The translations under genes and the position numbers were made by a program. Of a DNA stretch of 64,000 nt, positions 38,924 to 48,829 are shown one piece after another (within the stretch, counting starts at the first letter, position 1; the number at the start of each line of letters is the position of its first letter). Under the pieces are notes generated by a model, which had not been told where the DNA came from, searched no databases, and worked only from the letters and a program-made list of their open reading frames with translations. This stretch comes from Octopus sinensis (lineage: Eukaryota). The DNA lies in assembly GCF_006345805.1 (NCBI RefSeq), contig NC_043008.1:52514001-52578000 (forward strand), in the 5' to 3' direction.

Positions 38924-40639
38924 ACTCTCAAAAGGAAATATAGATTGTATGATGCTTGTGTATGAATGGCTATACTCTCTGATAGTGAGACATGGGCTCT
39001 GAATGCAGAGGACATGCATAGACTGGAGAGGAATGAGGGTCATATGCTCCACTGGATGTGCAACCTCAGTGTGCATGAATGACTAAGCGCAACTGTGGTG
39101 AGAGAAAAGTTGGGCATAAGAGGAATTAAATGTGGCATGCAGGAGAGGAGAATGCTTTGGTTTGGACATGTGATGCATTTGACTGAAGGCAGCTGTATAA
39201 AGAAGTGTTGGTCACCGAAAGTGGATGGTACTTGTGGAAGAGAGAGACCCAGGAAGACGGGGGTGAGGACTGATTTCAGGATGTTGTGGCTCATGGAGAA
39301 AATGACAATGGATCGAGATACGAGATTCTAGAGAAGATCTCAGCAAAACTGAGTTCTAGAAGTTTTATTCCCCCCTGCATGTAAGAATAAAATTTTCACA
39401 CACCCTACCCCAAGAAACTAAACTACATCTCCTTTCAAACAGCATTTTTTTCCTTCTTTACATTTTCTCTGGGTAACTCTGTATCTCTTCTGCAGTAGCT
39501 CATCTGCTTCTGCCCTCATTCTTGATCACTCTTTCTTTCATTCTTCCTTCAGGCTAGGTAACCAAGTATCTCCTTTACATCAGCACACCTGTCTCTATCC
39601 TCTTTCTTGTTACCTCTCTCTCTCTCTTTCTGAGGCTGGGTAACCATGTTCCTCCTCTATAGCAAGACACCTGTTTCTGCTTCTCTATCTCTCTCTCTAT
39701 CACCCCCTAACCTTTCATCATCTGACACAAGATCACCTCCTCCAATGCCCCTTCCTCCCTCAAAATTCCTTCTTTCAGCTTCCATTTACTAAATCCACTC
39801 ACAAGGACTGTAGTAGAAGCCTTTTGCTCAAGGTACCTGACAGTGGGACTGAACCTGAAACCATGTGCTTGGGAAGCAAACTTATTACCACACAACCACA
39901 CCTGCACCTGATATATCTCAAATAATTAACATATTAATTATTGTATTATTATCTTATGATAATTCTGCTTGTCCTTTGATTATTTAGCCAGTCTATAATA
40001 CTTCCACATGATTAATTGAAGGGGGAGGGGTGAATAGTGGGGAGGAGGAGAGAGTAATGGTGGTGAGTGAAATGTGTATTTCTTTTCTTTTTTATCGAGG
40101 TTTTTGTTTTCCTCCGTTACTTTACCCATTTGTAATGCTTTCACATGATTAGTTGAAGGGAAAGACAAAGAGTGAAAGAAAAAGGAGAGCAAGAGGGTTT
40201 GGTGAAGAGTAAGAGAGAAAGGGGAAGAGTGCTGTGTATTAAGTCTATAAAATTGTGCATGAAGTATATAAAGTTCATTAAGTAATCATTAAATCATTGT
40301 ATTCCAATTTCCTTCACTTTTCAATGATTTGCAGATGAATGACTATCTTTTGACGCAGACACAACACAGGCTACGCTTTCAGATTTTTTGGTTAAAGTTT
40401 TTTAAGAAATAACCCAATAAGTTTACCATTAATTTTGTGGGCTGTGTGGTAAGTAGGCGTAGGAGTGGCTGTGTGGTAAGTAGCTTGTTTACGAACCACA
40501 TGGCTCCAGGTTCATCCCACCGGGTGGCACCTTGGGCAGGTGTCTTCTACTATAGTCACAGATCAACCAAAACCTTGTGAGTGGATTTGGTAGATGGAAA
40601 CTGAAAGAAGCCTGTCATATATATGTATGTGTATATATA

Positions 40640-40694
<55 letters not shown>

Positions 40695-43600
40695 GTATAT
40701 GTATGTGTGTGTATATATCTGTGTTTGTCCCCCAACATCACTTCACAACTGGTGCTGCTGTGTTTACATCCCCGTAACTTAGTGGTTCGTCAAAATAGAC
40801 CGATAGAATAAGTATTAGGCTTACAAAGAATAAGTCCTGGGGTCGATTTGCATGACTAAAAGGCGGTGCTCCAGCATGGCCACAGTCACATGTCTGAAAC
40901 AAGTAAAAGAGTAGGTCCTGCTAGTATTAATTATAAAATATATTGTATTTTTCTTACCCTCTGCAGATTACTTCTTTCCATGCAACGACTAAAACAAAAA
41001 CTCTGCATAAAAACATCACATCTGTAATGCAAGGAGGTGTTCGGCCTGGGGAAAGCGATTATTGGAACCAAGTTGCTCTTCTTATCCCACCATTGCCACC
41101 ATCCAGTCTGATATACTGTAACATTATTGACATAAAATATATTTTGACGGTAAGTATTTCAATTATTTATTGGTTATATTTATGACCATCAAGTTTGTTA
41201 TTGTCATTGTCGCCACCATCATCATCACCTCTACCACTGCCATCATCGCCATCATTGTCATACTGGGGGTGATGTTATCAATTAATCCTCTCCCCTAAAA
41301 TTTCAGGCCTTGTACCTGCAGTATAAAAAATAATTATTTTGCACTTGCCATCAAAGTGATGCTGGGGTACAAATTTACAAAGCTTAATATATATCTATAT
41401 ATCTCTTTACTACCCACAAGGGGCTAAACACAGAGAGGACAAACAAGGACAGACAAACGGATTAAGTCGATTACATCGATCCCCAGTGCATAACTGATAC
41501 TTAATTTATCGACCCCGAAAGGATGAAAGGCAAAGTCGACCTTGGCGGAATTTGAACCCAGAACGTAACAGCAGACGAAATACGGCTACGCATTTCGCCT
41601 GGCGTGCTAACGTTTCTGCCAGCTCGCTGCCACCCATCATGATAACCCAGTGCATGACCATTCAGGTAGAGCCAAGTTGGTATTTTCTTCAGGTAAAGTA
41701 TCCTATCTTGCTTAAAAGGTCCCCGAATAAAGGTTGTTTAAGGATGATGGACAAAAACGCTGATGTTTCCAAGGGTGAATTATTCAGGAATATCTGCAGG
41801 TATATGTTAGTTAGTTAATTTGGCTCAAAAGCAAATAGCAAGGCCATGTAGGGGGACATGGAGTTAAGTACAGGGTGGTGTTCATGTAAAGAGTTCAGGC
41901 CACTTGAGGTCCAGGGAGGCTTTGAACAAAGCGGTCGTCGGCATCTTCACCATCTCGTCTGGCAGCTTGTTCCACGGATCCGCAACCCGGACAGAGAAAG
42001 CTCCTCTCCTTCGATTGAGATGAAATCGTCGCAGCTAGAGCTTTTCGGAATGACCCCGCAGCCGACGCTCTGGAGCAGGAGTGAAGAACAGCTCTTTCGA
42101 GAGGTTACACTTTCCGCTTATGATGTTGTGGGCGAGAATGAGATCACCACGGCGGCGGCGTTTTTCAAGAGAATAAAGGTCGAGCGTCCTCAGCCTTTCT
42201 TCGTAGGACAAATTTTTGAGACCATGAACCATGCGGGTAGCCACCTTCTGGACTCTTTCGAGATGCTGTATGTCTTTGAGGAGATAAGGAGAAGAGGCTT
42301 GAATCCCATACTCCAATATGGGTCTCACCAGCATGATATCATCTCAGCAATGACATCCCAAGACCTTTGGAGAGGATGCTTGAAATAGCTGGATCTTCTG
42401 ACCACTAGAACTTGTCCCTTCAACAAGAAACGAAAGGGTATGTGCTCCAGTATGGTCAACTGGTATGTGTTTTATCAATCCCAATAGAATGAAAAGTGAA
42501 GTCAATTTTGGTGATATTTAATCTTAGAATGTAAAGCTGCAAAGCATTTTGCCCAGTGTGCTAATGATTTTGCCAGTTCACTACTTTAATAATTACAAAG
42601 ATGATTTCAAATTTTGGCACAAGGCCAGCAATTTGGGAAGAAGGAGTAAGCTTATTATTTCGACCCCAGTGTTCCACTGGTACTTATTTTATCAGCCCTG
42701 AAAGGATGAAAGGCAAGTCAACCTCAGTGGAATTTGAACTCAGAATATAAAGACAAATGAAGTGCTGCTAAACATTTTACCAGACATGCTAACGATTCTG
42801 CCAGCTCACTGCCTTAATAATAATAATAATAATAATCATAATAATACAACATCAGTGGAATTTGTAACTGTGATACCAGTGCCGGTGGCACATAAGAGAA
42901 CCATCCGAACGTGGCCGTAGCCAGCGCCGCCCTGACTGGCTTCCGTGCCGGTGGCACGTAAAAAGCACCATCTGACCGTGGCTGTTGCCAGCTTCGGCTG
43001 GTCTCTGTGCCGGTGGCACGTAAAAAGCACCATCCGATCGTGGCCGTTTGCCAGCCTCGTCTGGTACCTGTGCTGGTGGCACATAAAAAGCACCCACTAC
43101 ACTCACGGAGTGGTTGGCGTTAAGAAGGGCATCCAGCTATAGATGGATAATAATAATAATAATAATAATAATTTATAATAATAATAATAATAATAATAAT
43201 TAATAATAATAATATATAATGATAATAATAAGAATTATAATAATAATAATAATAACAGCAACAAATATTTGAGAATTTTGTTTTTCTTCAGTTTTTATCT
43301 TTTTTTTTAATTCTTTTTTTTATTTATTTTTAAAACCAAAGTTTTCTGTGTCAGCATCGATGGCCATGTCTTTAAAACTACCAATGGAAATAATTATTGG
43401 AACCATTCCATTAGCAACTTACATGCCTCCTGCTCCTTCAGCTGGACTGCCTGCTCCAAACCAGTATAATGCTGGTGGATATCCAACCCAGTATGGGTCT
43501 CTTTTACCCAACACCTCTTATCCAGAACCCAGTGCCACACCTGAAGGTGCCAGTGCCAGTAAGTATTTTTTGCATTTTATAATCTTTTATCTTTCACCTT

Positions 43601-45515
43601 TTACCTGTTATAATCTTTTCTCTTTCACCTGTTTCACTCATTTCACTACAGCCATGCAAGGGCACTGCTTTGAATGGTTTGGTGGAACACACTCAACTGA
43701 GTACTTAATTTTTTAAGCCTGGTACTTACTCTGTTGGTCTATTTTGCTGAACTGCTCAGTTACAGGTGTGTAAACAAACCATGTTACGTGGTGGGTGAGA
43801 GGATAAACACAGATACAAAAGCGCAAATACCTACAACACACACACATATATATAAGAAAAGCTTCCACACAGTTTCTCACTTGCATACCCACTTACAAAG
43901 CATTGGACAGCCTATAGTCATTTTAGAAGAAATTTGCCCAAGGTGCAGCAAAGAAGGACTGAACCTGAAACCACATGATTTGAAAGCTAACTACTTAATC
44001 CCACAGCCATGCGTGCATCAATAGAAAACAAATATAAAGCACTTGACAGATATTCATATCATCTTTGTACAGGGTCACGCTAATCTTCTCTGTATTGTTC
44101 CAATTTTAGTAAATGCACTGCCAAAGCTTTTATTTTTTTATTTATTAAGTTTCATGTTACACAACCATCTGACCAAATTCTTTCTATAATTCTGTTCCTC
44201 GGGTAAAATGTCTCTCTTTTCCATTCACTAATTGTGACTGAGTTTTTGTGATGTGTCTTTGTCTCTTTTGGGGGTTTCTATAAGCCATAGCTGCTTAACC
44301 CCTAAGCATTTTGATTACTCTGTCAAATGTAATCCTTATTATTTATTCACATTGTTTTGTATTAATCTTACATTAATCTTGTTGCTTTGAGATTTCAGTG
44401 ATGTGATTGTCACTATTTAGAATGACATTGTAGGGTACGTGTAAGAGGCTGGATCTACTAAGTTTGAACAAAAAGCAGATAGAATATTTGGGCCTGATAT
44501 GGCTGGGTTGAAGACTAAAAGTTTAAAAGAATAACAAAATGGCAATCATTAGATTGTTGGCTAGAGTGCCTTTCAGTATTTTTTATGATTACTGGTGCTG
44601 TGAGTTCAAATCATTCTGAGGTCAACTTCTGATTTTAGGCTTTCAGGGTCAATAAAAAATGCCAATCTTGGACAGTGAATTGATGGACTTAATTCACTGG
44701 GACCAAATACCTTGTGGTGTCTGTAACAGTTCTTTGTTTCTTGACAGCAATGATTGTGATGATGCTGATGCCATTTTATATTGGACCACATCCCTGGCCT
44801 TTGATAAGCATCAATGACATGAAGAGGAGAAATTTGCAGACATGGGTAACTGCCAGTCTCTTTCAAAGGCACCTTGCTCAGACTTGCACATAGACATGCA
44901 GGTGTATGGTCAGCATTGACCAATGAAGGTTCTAATGAAACAGTTGCTTCAAAACCTCTCCCTCTTGATCTCCCTCCCTCACTCTCTCTCATTTTATTGC
45001 ACCCTCACTCTTTTTTTTCTCCCCTTTCATTTGTTGTTGTTTAGTTCCTGGCCAAACATGTTCTTGCTGATCTATGATAAAAACCATTCCAGCCATGACT
45101 ATCCGTCTTTACCTTTACAATATTTTAAATAGTAGGGTATGAATTGAAGATTTGGCAGCTCTTTCTAGTGGATAGAATGACTACATAGAGGTTCTATTGT
45201 TACCTGACCTCTTTTGACAGTTGATTTTTTTCTGTGATATGAAAATGCAGACACACACACACACTCACACACACACATGGACATGCACACACACATGCAC
45301 ATACCATTCATTAACCTATGATCTAATCTCTGTAATCTTTTGCAGTTCCTTCAGCTCCTCCAGCATATGAAGAATGTGTCTTTGGCAAAGTGAACATCTC
45401 AGACGAAGGGGATGACAAATACACACATGGGGAACTGAACTTTGCTCCTGCTTATCCTTACTATAATTTCCCCTCGGCACCACCATTGCCAGGACAGCCA
45501 ACGGACAAAGCATAA
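11663..45515 (+). CDS. ARRDC3: Alpha-arrestin (arrestin domain-containing protein, ARRDC3-like), 7 coding exons, 414 aa
   Basis: join(11663-11780,35618-35764,36809-37035,38370-38552,40967-41149,43342-43558,45346-45515) = 1245 nt, all GT-AG and phase-consistent; arrestin-N motifs ([20 protein letters not shown]), arrestin-C (IIIGTIPL), PPAY. Symbol is a family-level best guess; orthology to one vertebrate paralogue is not established. Confidence 0.92.
13407..13465. repeat. 59-nt near-perfect hairpin (28-bp stem, 3-nt loop)
   Basis: ATTTTCACTTGATGCTCCTCTGCGGTTT-AAC-AAACCGCAGAGGAGCGTCAAGTGAAAAT, one G-U pair. Confidence 0.9.
14677..15939 (-). mobile_element. Tc1/mariner DD37D (maT-type) transposon with both TIRs and a defective transposase
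   Basis: Perfect 26-bp TIRs CAGGGTGGGGAAGCAAAATTTACAAT, TA TSD; ORF 14902-15567 has IFSDEK, QDGAPAH and PDLNSLDY with 37 residues between D2 and D3; N-terminus broken by stops/frameshifts. Confidence 0.93.
17275..17420 (+). mobile_element. Penelope-like short repeat containing variant hammerhead motif (17340-17400)
   Basis: GATAA-CCGAAGA-GATG..TATC-T-GAAA-CTC A GAG-TT-TTATC; (TA)n on the left; related fragment inverted at ~47505-47545. Confidence 0.45.
17440..17672 (-). mobile_element. SINE family B, partial
   Basis: Similarity to 54120-54525. Confidence 0.8.
17675..18090. repeat. Direct repeat (~130 bp x2, ~283-bp period), each copy ending in a GGGGTGGGGTG...CACCCCAC hairpin
   Basis: GGAATCATTGGA(T)nCGTTGA..GAATTCCG..CCGGAAAACGGGGTGGGGTG at ~17676 and ~17959. 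Confidence 0.8.
18700..18922 (-). mobile_element. SINE family A
   Basis: Reverse complement of family A. Confidence 0.85.
18923..19203 (-). mobile_element. CRE-clade non-LTR retrotransposon relic (restriction-like endonuclease region)
   Basis: [59 protein letters not shown], frameshift, then [21 protein letters not shown]; resembles recalled CRE-type RPDG..LIWD..AGSAA..KY..PIAVETSG. Confidence 0.7.
20930..21415. repeat. Foldback element with nested inverted repeats around a (CA)n(TA)n core
   Basis: ~75-bp outer IR (20932-21003 vs 21184-21258), ~40-bp inner IR (21007-21046 vs 21112-21152), third partial copy at 21364-21415. Confidence 0.8.
22162..22257 (-). ncRNA. Type I hammerhead ribozyme (unit B)
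   Basis: Minus strand CAGATAGTTTTGG-CTGACGA-GCTA(43 nt)TAGC-GAAA-C AATT G-TC|CCAAAATAATCTG: canonical core, 4-bp stem II, palindromic stem III, GUC triplet, 13-position stem I with one mismatch; cleavage between 22175 and 22174. Confidence 0.8.
22697..22792 (-). ncRNA. Type I hammerhead ribozyme (unit C)
   Basis: Same motif 535 nt from the first; cleavage between 22710 and 22709. Confidence 0.8.
23315..23460 (+). mobile_element. Possible Helitron-type non-autonomous element 5' end
   Basis: Begins TACTAGCAGTATAGCCCAGCGTTGCTCGGGC after (TA)n, with a subterminal GCCC..GGGC stem; classification from recalled similarity only. Confidence 0.4.
23655..24365 (-). pseudogene. Mariner (DD34D) transposase relic with 3' TIR, 5'-truncated
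   Basis: [21 protein letters not shown] and SPDIAPSDY with 34 residues between D2 and D3; stops/frameshifts; TA|TTGGGTCATCACATAAATAATGCG end. Confidence 0.9.
24375..24770 (-). mobile_element. SINE family B
   Basis: Full head, internal (CA)n and tail. Confidence 0.85.
25028..25530 (-). mobile_element. RTE-tailed repeat with 63-bp GC-rich tandem array (5 copies plus partial, 25197-25530)
   Basis: (GAT)n tail and CCAACCCATGCTAGCATGGAAAGCGGAC 3' motif on - strand; unit GGTGCTTTTTACGTGCCACCGGCACG..GGTCGGAT with 63-bp period. Confidence 0.8.
26050..26670 (-). mobile_element. SINE family B with an unrelated insert in its microsatellite
   Basis: Head and tail match family B; 26320-26445 is non-family sequence between (TA)n tracts. 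Confidence 0.8.
27464..27771. mobile_element. hAT (Buster-type) MITE
   Basis: TIRs CAGTGGTACTTAACCTG / CAGGTTAAGAACCACTG; flanks fit nnnTAnnn but are not identical. Confidence 0.6.
28167..28545 (+). mobile_element. hAT (Buster-type) transposase C-terminal fragment plus right TIR
   Basis: [51 protein letters not shown] (hATC dimerisation motif); ends AAAGGTTAAGGACCACTG then GTCTAGGA (nnnTAnnn). Confidence 0.8.
28850..28950 (+). mobile_element. Short RTE LINE C-terminal relic
   Basis: [23 protein letters not shown] resembles RTE EPLLLRIERSQLRWFGHV. Confidence 0.5.
30113..30312 (-). mobile_element. ~200-bp Penelope-like repeat with minimal hammerhead-like motif (30206-30240)
   Basis: Minus strand GTTT-CCGACGA-A-GAGC(TCC)GCTC-GAAACGTT-AAAC; (TA)n flanks; second copy at 52244-52455. 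Confidence 0.55.
32750..33205 (-). mobile_element. RTE-tailed repeat (same family as 25028-25530), diverged
   Basis: Shared 3' motif and GGTGCTTTT(T)ACGTGCCACC units. Confidence 0.75.
35618..35764 (+). CDS. ARRDC3: Alpha-arrestin exon 2 ([49 protein letters not shown])
   Basis: Acceptor CCCTTAG|, donor |GTAAGG, 147 nt, phase 1-1. Confidence 0.93.
36148..36425. repeat. ~280-bp imperfect palindrome in arrestin intron 2
   Basis: AAACAATTGCAGCGTGGAA..CCTGTTCACTGACAAAAAT complemented by ATTTTTGTCAGTGAACAGG..TTCCACGCTGCAATTGTTT; right arm has a ~14-bp extra segment. Confidence 0.85.
36809..37035 (+). CDS. ARRDC3: Alpha-arrestin exon 3 ([25 protein letters not shown]...[10 protein letters not shown])
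   Basis: Acceptor TTGTAG|, donor |GTAGGT, 227 nt, phase 1-0. Confidence 0.93.
37308..37611 (-). mobile_element. tRNA-derived SINE sharing its head with 69-453 but with a different tail, nested in the (TACA)n of a family B relic
   Basis: First ~185 nt align to 69-260, then diverge into GTGATGGACTGGCATC..GCCACAGAAACCGGGAAACC. Confidence 0.8.
37895..38320 (-). mobile_element. SINE family B (arrestin intron 3)
   Basis: Full-length family match. Confidence 0.85.
38370..38552 (+). CDS. ARRDC3: Alpha-arrestin exon 4 ([24 protein letters not shown]...KASLDM)
   Basis: Acceptor TTTTTCAG|, donor |GTGAGT, 183 nt, phase 0-0. Confidence 0.93.
38955..39330 (+). mobile_element. RTE LINE C-terminal relic
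   Basis: [59 protein letters not shown]. Confidence 0.85.
40455..40915 (+). mobile_element. SINE family B (arrestin intron 4), opposite orientation to 37895-38320
   Basis: Full-length family match on + strand. Confidence 0.85.
40967..41149 (+). CDS. ARRDC3: Alpha-arrestin exon 5 ([11 protein letters not shown]...[22 protein letters not shown])
   Basis: Acceptor CTGCAG|, donor |GTAAGT, 183 nt, phase 0-0. Confidence 0.93.
41403..41632 (-). mobile_element. SINE family A
   Basis: Reverse complement of family A. Confidence 0.85.
41805..42340 (-). mobile_element. 5'-truncated CR1/L2-type LINE 3' end
   Basis: [65 protein letters not shown].., one in-frame stop, then [19 protein letters not shown]; (TAAC)n tail. 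Confidence 0.88.
42850..43140 (+). mobile_element. RTE-tailed repeat, partial
   Basis: Reverse orientation of the 25028-25530 family. Confidence 0.75.
43342..43558 (+). CDS. ARRDC3: Alpha-arrestin exon 6 ([24 protein letters not shown]...PEGASA)
   Basis: Only in-frame acceptor found is AAAG| at 43341; donor |GTAAGT; 217 nt, phase 0-1. Confidence 0.85.
45346..45515 (+). CDS. ARRDC3: Alpha-arrestin last exon ([15 protein letters not shown]...GQPTDKA*)
   Basis: Acceptor TTTTGCAG|, phase 1, PPAY motif, TAA at 45513-45515. Confidence 0.9.
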
Positions 45516-45630
45516 ATGGAACTGTATCATTAGAATTCTTACCAAAGAAGAATATTTCCTGATGAAGACAATTTCTTATTCAATTTGAATGCTTTGTTAC
45601 CATTTCACTTGTAGATGTGTCTCTATGTTA

Positions 45631-45664
<34 letters not shown>

Positions 45665-45844
45665 ACATATGCATGTGTTTGTGCATGCATGTGTGTGTGT
45701 GTATTTGTCAATGTCTGATTTCTTATAAACATGCAATATTGTCTTTGTTTCTGCATACGTGTGTGTGTCATTGTTCATATATGTATAAATATACATGTGT
45801 ATATGAATATGTATATTTGTATGAAAACGTGTGTGTGTGTGTGT

Positions 45845-46105
45845 GGTAGTAGTATGTGACTCAATGGTTAGGATATTAGGCTTGCAATCATAAAATTGTG
45901 GGATTGATTCCGAGACCAATTGGTGCATTGTCTTCTTGAGCAAGGCACTTCATTTTATTTTGCTCCAGTCTACCCAGCTAAAAATGAGTTCCAGCCATGG
46001 TTAGATATTAAGTCCATGGCAGACTGACATCCAGTTTTAGGAGAGTCTCGTACTCCCAGTCACTTAAACACCTGAGGAAATGGGATAAGCTCTGGCCTAA
46101 TGCAA
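45845..46105 (+). mobile_element. Old tRNA-derived SINE with MetaSINE-like central domain
   Basis: Degenerate tRNA head, TTGAGCAAGGCACTT and ATGGCAGACTGACATCC..GGGATAAGCTCTGGCC; family naming from recalled consensus. Confidence 0.5.
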
Positions 46106-46651
46106 TTATAGGCCCAAAATAAACTTTATGTTGATGTACGCCACTGATTTTCCCACAACTGAAGGTCTGGCACCTCCTTTAATCCTGATAAACTACAAAG
46201 GAGAACTTGAAATTCCCATAGCTGATAATCTAGTTCACTGCATGACCACATGTGGTGTTTTGTGTACTGTGTGTTTACCTGCATTATTTACATTGTACTT
46301 GTTTGTGGCAATACCAAAGTTTTGAGAGATCCTCTGTTCATTTAGCTTAAAGTTACCATTTGCTGTGGCTACTACAGGTAAGAGGATTGAGAGTGTCAGG
46401 GGTAATGTCAAACAGAAATCCATATCAAACCAGGATAACATAGAACAGTTGATGATACTTTAGATGCAGGTGTATAATTAGTTGATTAGAGGTGTGTTGA
46501 TGAATAATTATATGACCATGGCTGGTCAGACAAAATGGTTAATACACCAAGGCTTTGGAAACAAGGATACTGGAGAATCAGTGGTGTACCTATGTTGTAT
46601 CAAGGCAGTGCCCCAGCATGGCCACAATCTAATGACTGAAACAAGTAAAAG

Positions 46652-46695
<44 letters not shown>

Positions 46696-46701
46696 ACATA
46701 C

Positions 46702-46735
<34 letters not shown>

Positions 46736-47214
46736 ACACACAAACACGTATATAATTCTGTATGTTACCTATCATTTGATGTAGTGAACCAGAACTGGAT
46801 TATATTAGAATGCTAATAAGGTATCTGCCTGGATTCCAAATCCATATTCCTTCATGTTACATATATATATATTTATGTAGTGTGTGTGTGTGTGTGTGTG
46901 TAAATATATGAATGACAAGAAATAATTTGGCTAGTTACTTCAAAGTTTTGCTGGTTGTCTGCCTTCTCAGGTGATTGGACTCTGGAAATCAATGAAACTT
47001 CAAAGTCATTTTTGTAAAAAATATATTTATACTCTACATATTCACCTTCAGTGCTTTTTCAGTATTTTACTGTGTTTATATATAGCTGTATATAAAATAT
47101 ACACATGAATATGTGTTTATGTGTGCTTGTATATATTTATGTACATATATATATAATTTTTAGGAAAAGATAAATCTGGAGAAGAAGCACACACTAAGAA
47201 GTAGAGCAGTCTAT

Positions 47215-47440
47215 ATTTTTTCCTGGTGAAGGCCAATTTATGGGGTTACTCTGGGTTTCCTGTCCGTAAAGAGTTTAACTTTATAGTGTATCTTCATACC
47301 CCAAGACCTATTGGCCTATGACCTCTTTAAAATATGGAGGAGAAATGTCTTGGGGTCTGAAGATACTCTGTAAATTTAAACCCTTTATGAACGGAAAACC
47401 CAGGGTAACCCCATAAATCAGCCATCGCCAGGAAAAAAAA
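47215..47440. repeat. Foldback/MITE with ~95-bp imperfect inverted arms
   Basis: TTTTCCTGGTGAAGG..TTTATGGGGTTAC..CCCCAAGAC pairs with GTCTTGGGG..GTAACCCCATAAA..CGCCAGGAAAA. Confidence 0.8.
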
Positions 47441-48798
47441 AAAAAATATATATATATATAATTAAACAGTACAGCAAACATTAAGCAAACATTATATATT
47501 TATAGATAAATTCCTCTATTTACATAATATCGAGATCTCCTTCATTCTTTTGTTGTAATATTATTATTATTATTATCAATATATATATATACACCATAAA
47601 AGCACATGTAATTTACAGACATTTTTTCACAAAAATAAAAGGCTTTAGGGTACATGAGTAGATCGTTTCTAGAATTTTTTTTTTTTTTGTTGCAAGAGGA
47701 CGTACAAAACATAAACATTCATACCAGAAGCTGACTCATTTAATATCAGAAAATATTTTTACAGAAAAAATAATGGCTTAAATATGAATTTGACTTTTAT
47801 TTATGCTGGACGGTATAATGCTTGCTTTTACTAAAACCATTAAATTGTTAACTACTTTTTGAAGTCTTATGTTCACACTGGTAAACATATTCCGGGCCAT
47901 ATTTTACATTGCTTGGAGTTTTTATCGCAATGGAGCACCATTGACATCCATAAAGATATGGATATTCCTCACTGAAAAAATGTAATGATATGGATAATCT
48001 TGATTATATAATTTTATTTTTGTCTGTTTATTACCAGGCACAGTTTTAATTTTGTCGTACTGTTTACGCCAATTCCGAACATTTGCTCACATTCAAATTC
48101 ATATTCAACATATTTAATTTTTCCTTCACAGTAAATGATTCATAAGTTCTGCTCATGCTGACAATAATAGTAATGACAAATTTTAAAGTTTTCTTGACAT
48201 TTTATAAGAGTGAAAGGAATCAAAATTTAAATACACCGTTATCAAAGGTTCTGACAAGGTGGAAAAGAATTCTGTTTACATAATCAGTTTCATCAGTCAC
48301 CTTCCTCTTTCGATCGAGTAAAGTGTCATCCAAGCTGATGTTTATTGTTAATTAAACTTAATTTGCAGCACCTGTGTGTATTTATCAACTTTGTTTCTGT
48401 TGATAATTCTTATCAACAACTTTTCCTGTGATCATAAATTGAGAAGACATACAGCAGTATGCTAAAGAGTGGACATAATCTCTTGTGGGCAAGAAATGTA
48501 AAATAAAGTTTATTATAAACAACAGAAACACTTTGTAATTTAATAGCTTTGCAATGTGATACCTGTTAAACAGAAATTATTTTTATTCAATGAAAATTTA
48601 ATAAAATCTAATCATAAGTAAGTGAAATCATGCTAAATACATCTAAATTGAAAACCTTTCTCCCCTGGCCATATTGGCAATTCTGAAAACTTTTGGGTGT
48701 GAATATTACATGAGTAGAAGCTTTTTTTAATAAATTTTATCCTGAAAATCACCTGCATAAATTACACAGGTGCACAATTTACACGGGTTTTTACAGTG

Positions 48799-48829
<31 letters not shown>

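Noticed and set aside
38370-41149. Exons 4 and 5 as a tandem exon duplication (both 183 nt, phase 0-0)
   Set aside because: No visible nucleotide or protein similarity between them; equal length is probably coincidental.
41858-42388. 176-aa + strand ORF
   Set aside because: Antisense shadow of the CR1-type LINE fragment.
48285-48325. Permuted hammerhead on - strand (CGAAA...CTGATGA)
   Set aside because: Only 11 purine-rich nt between the motifs; no stems or NUH site possible.
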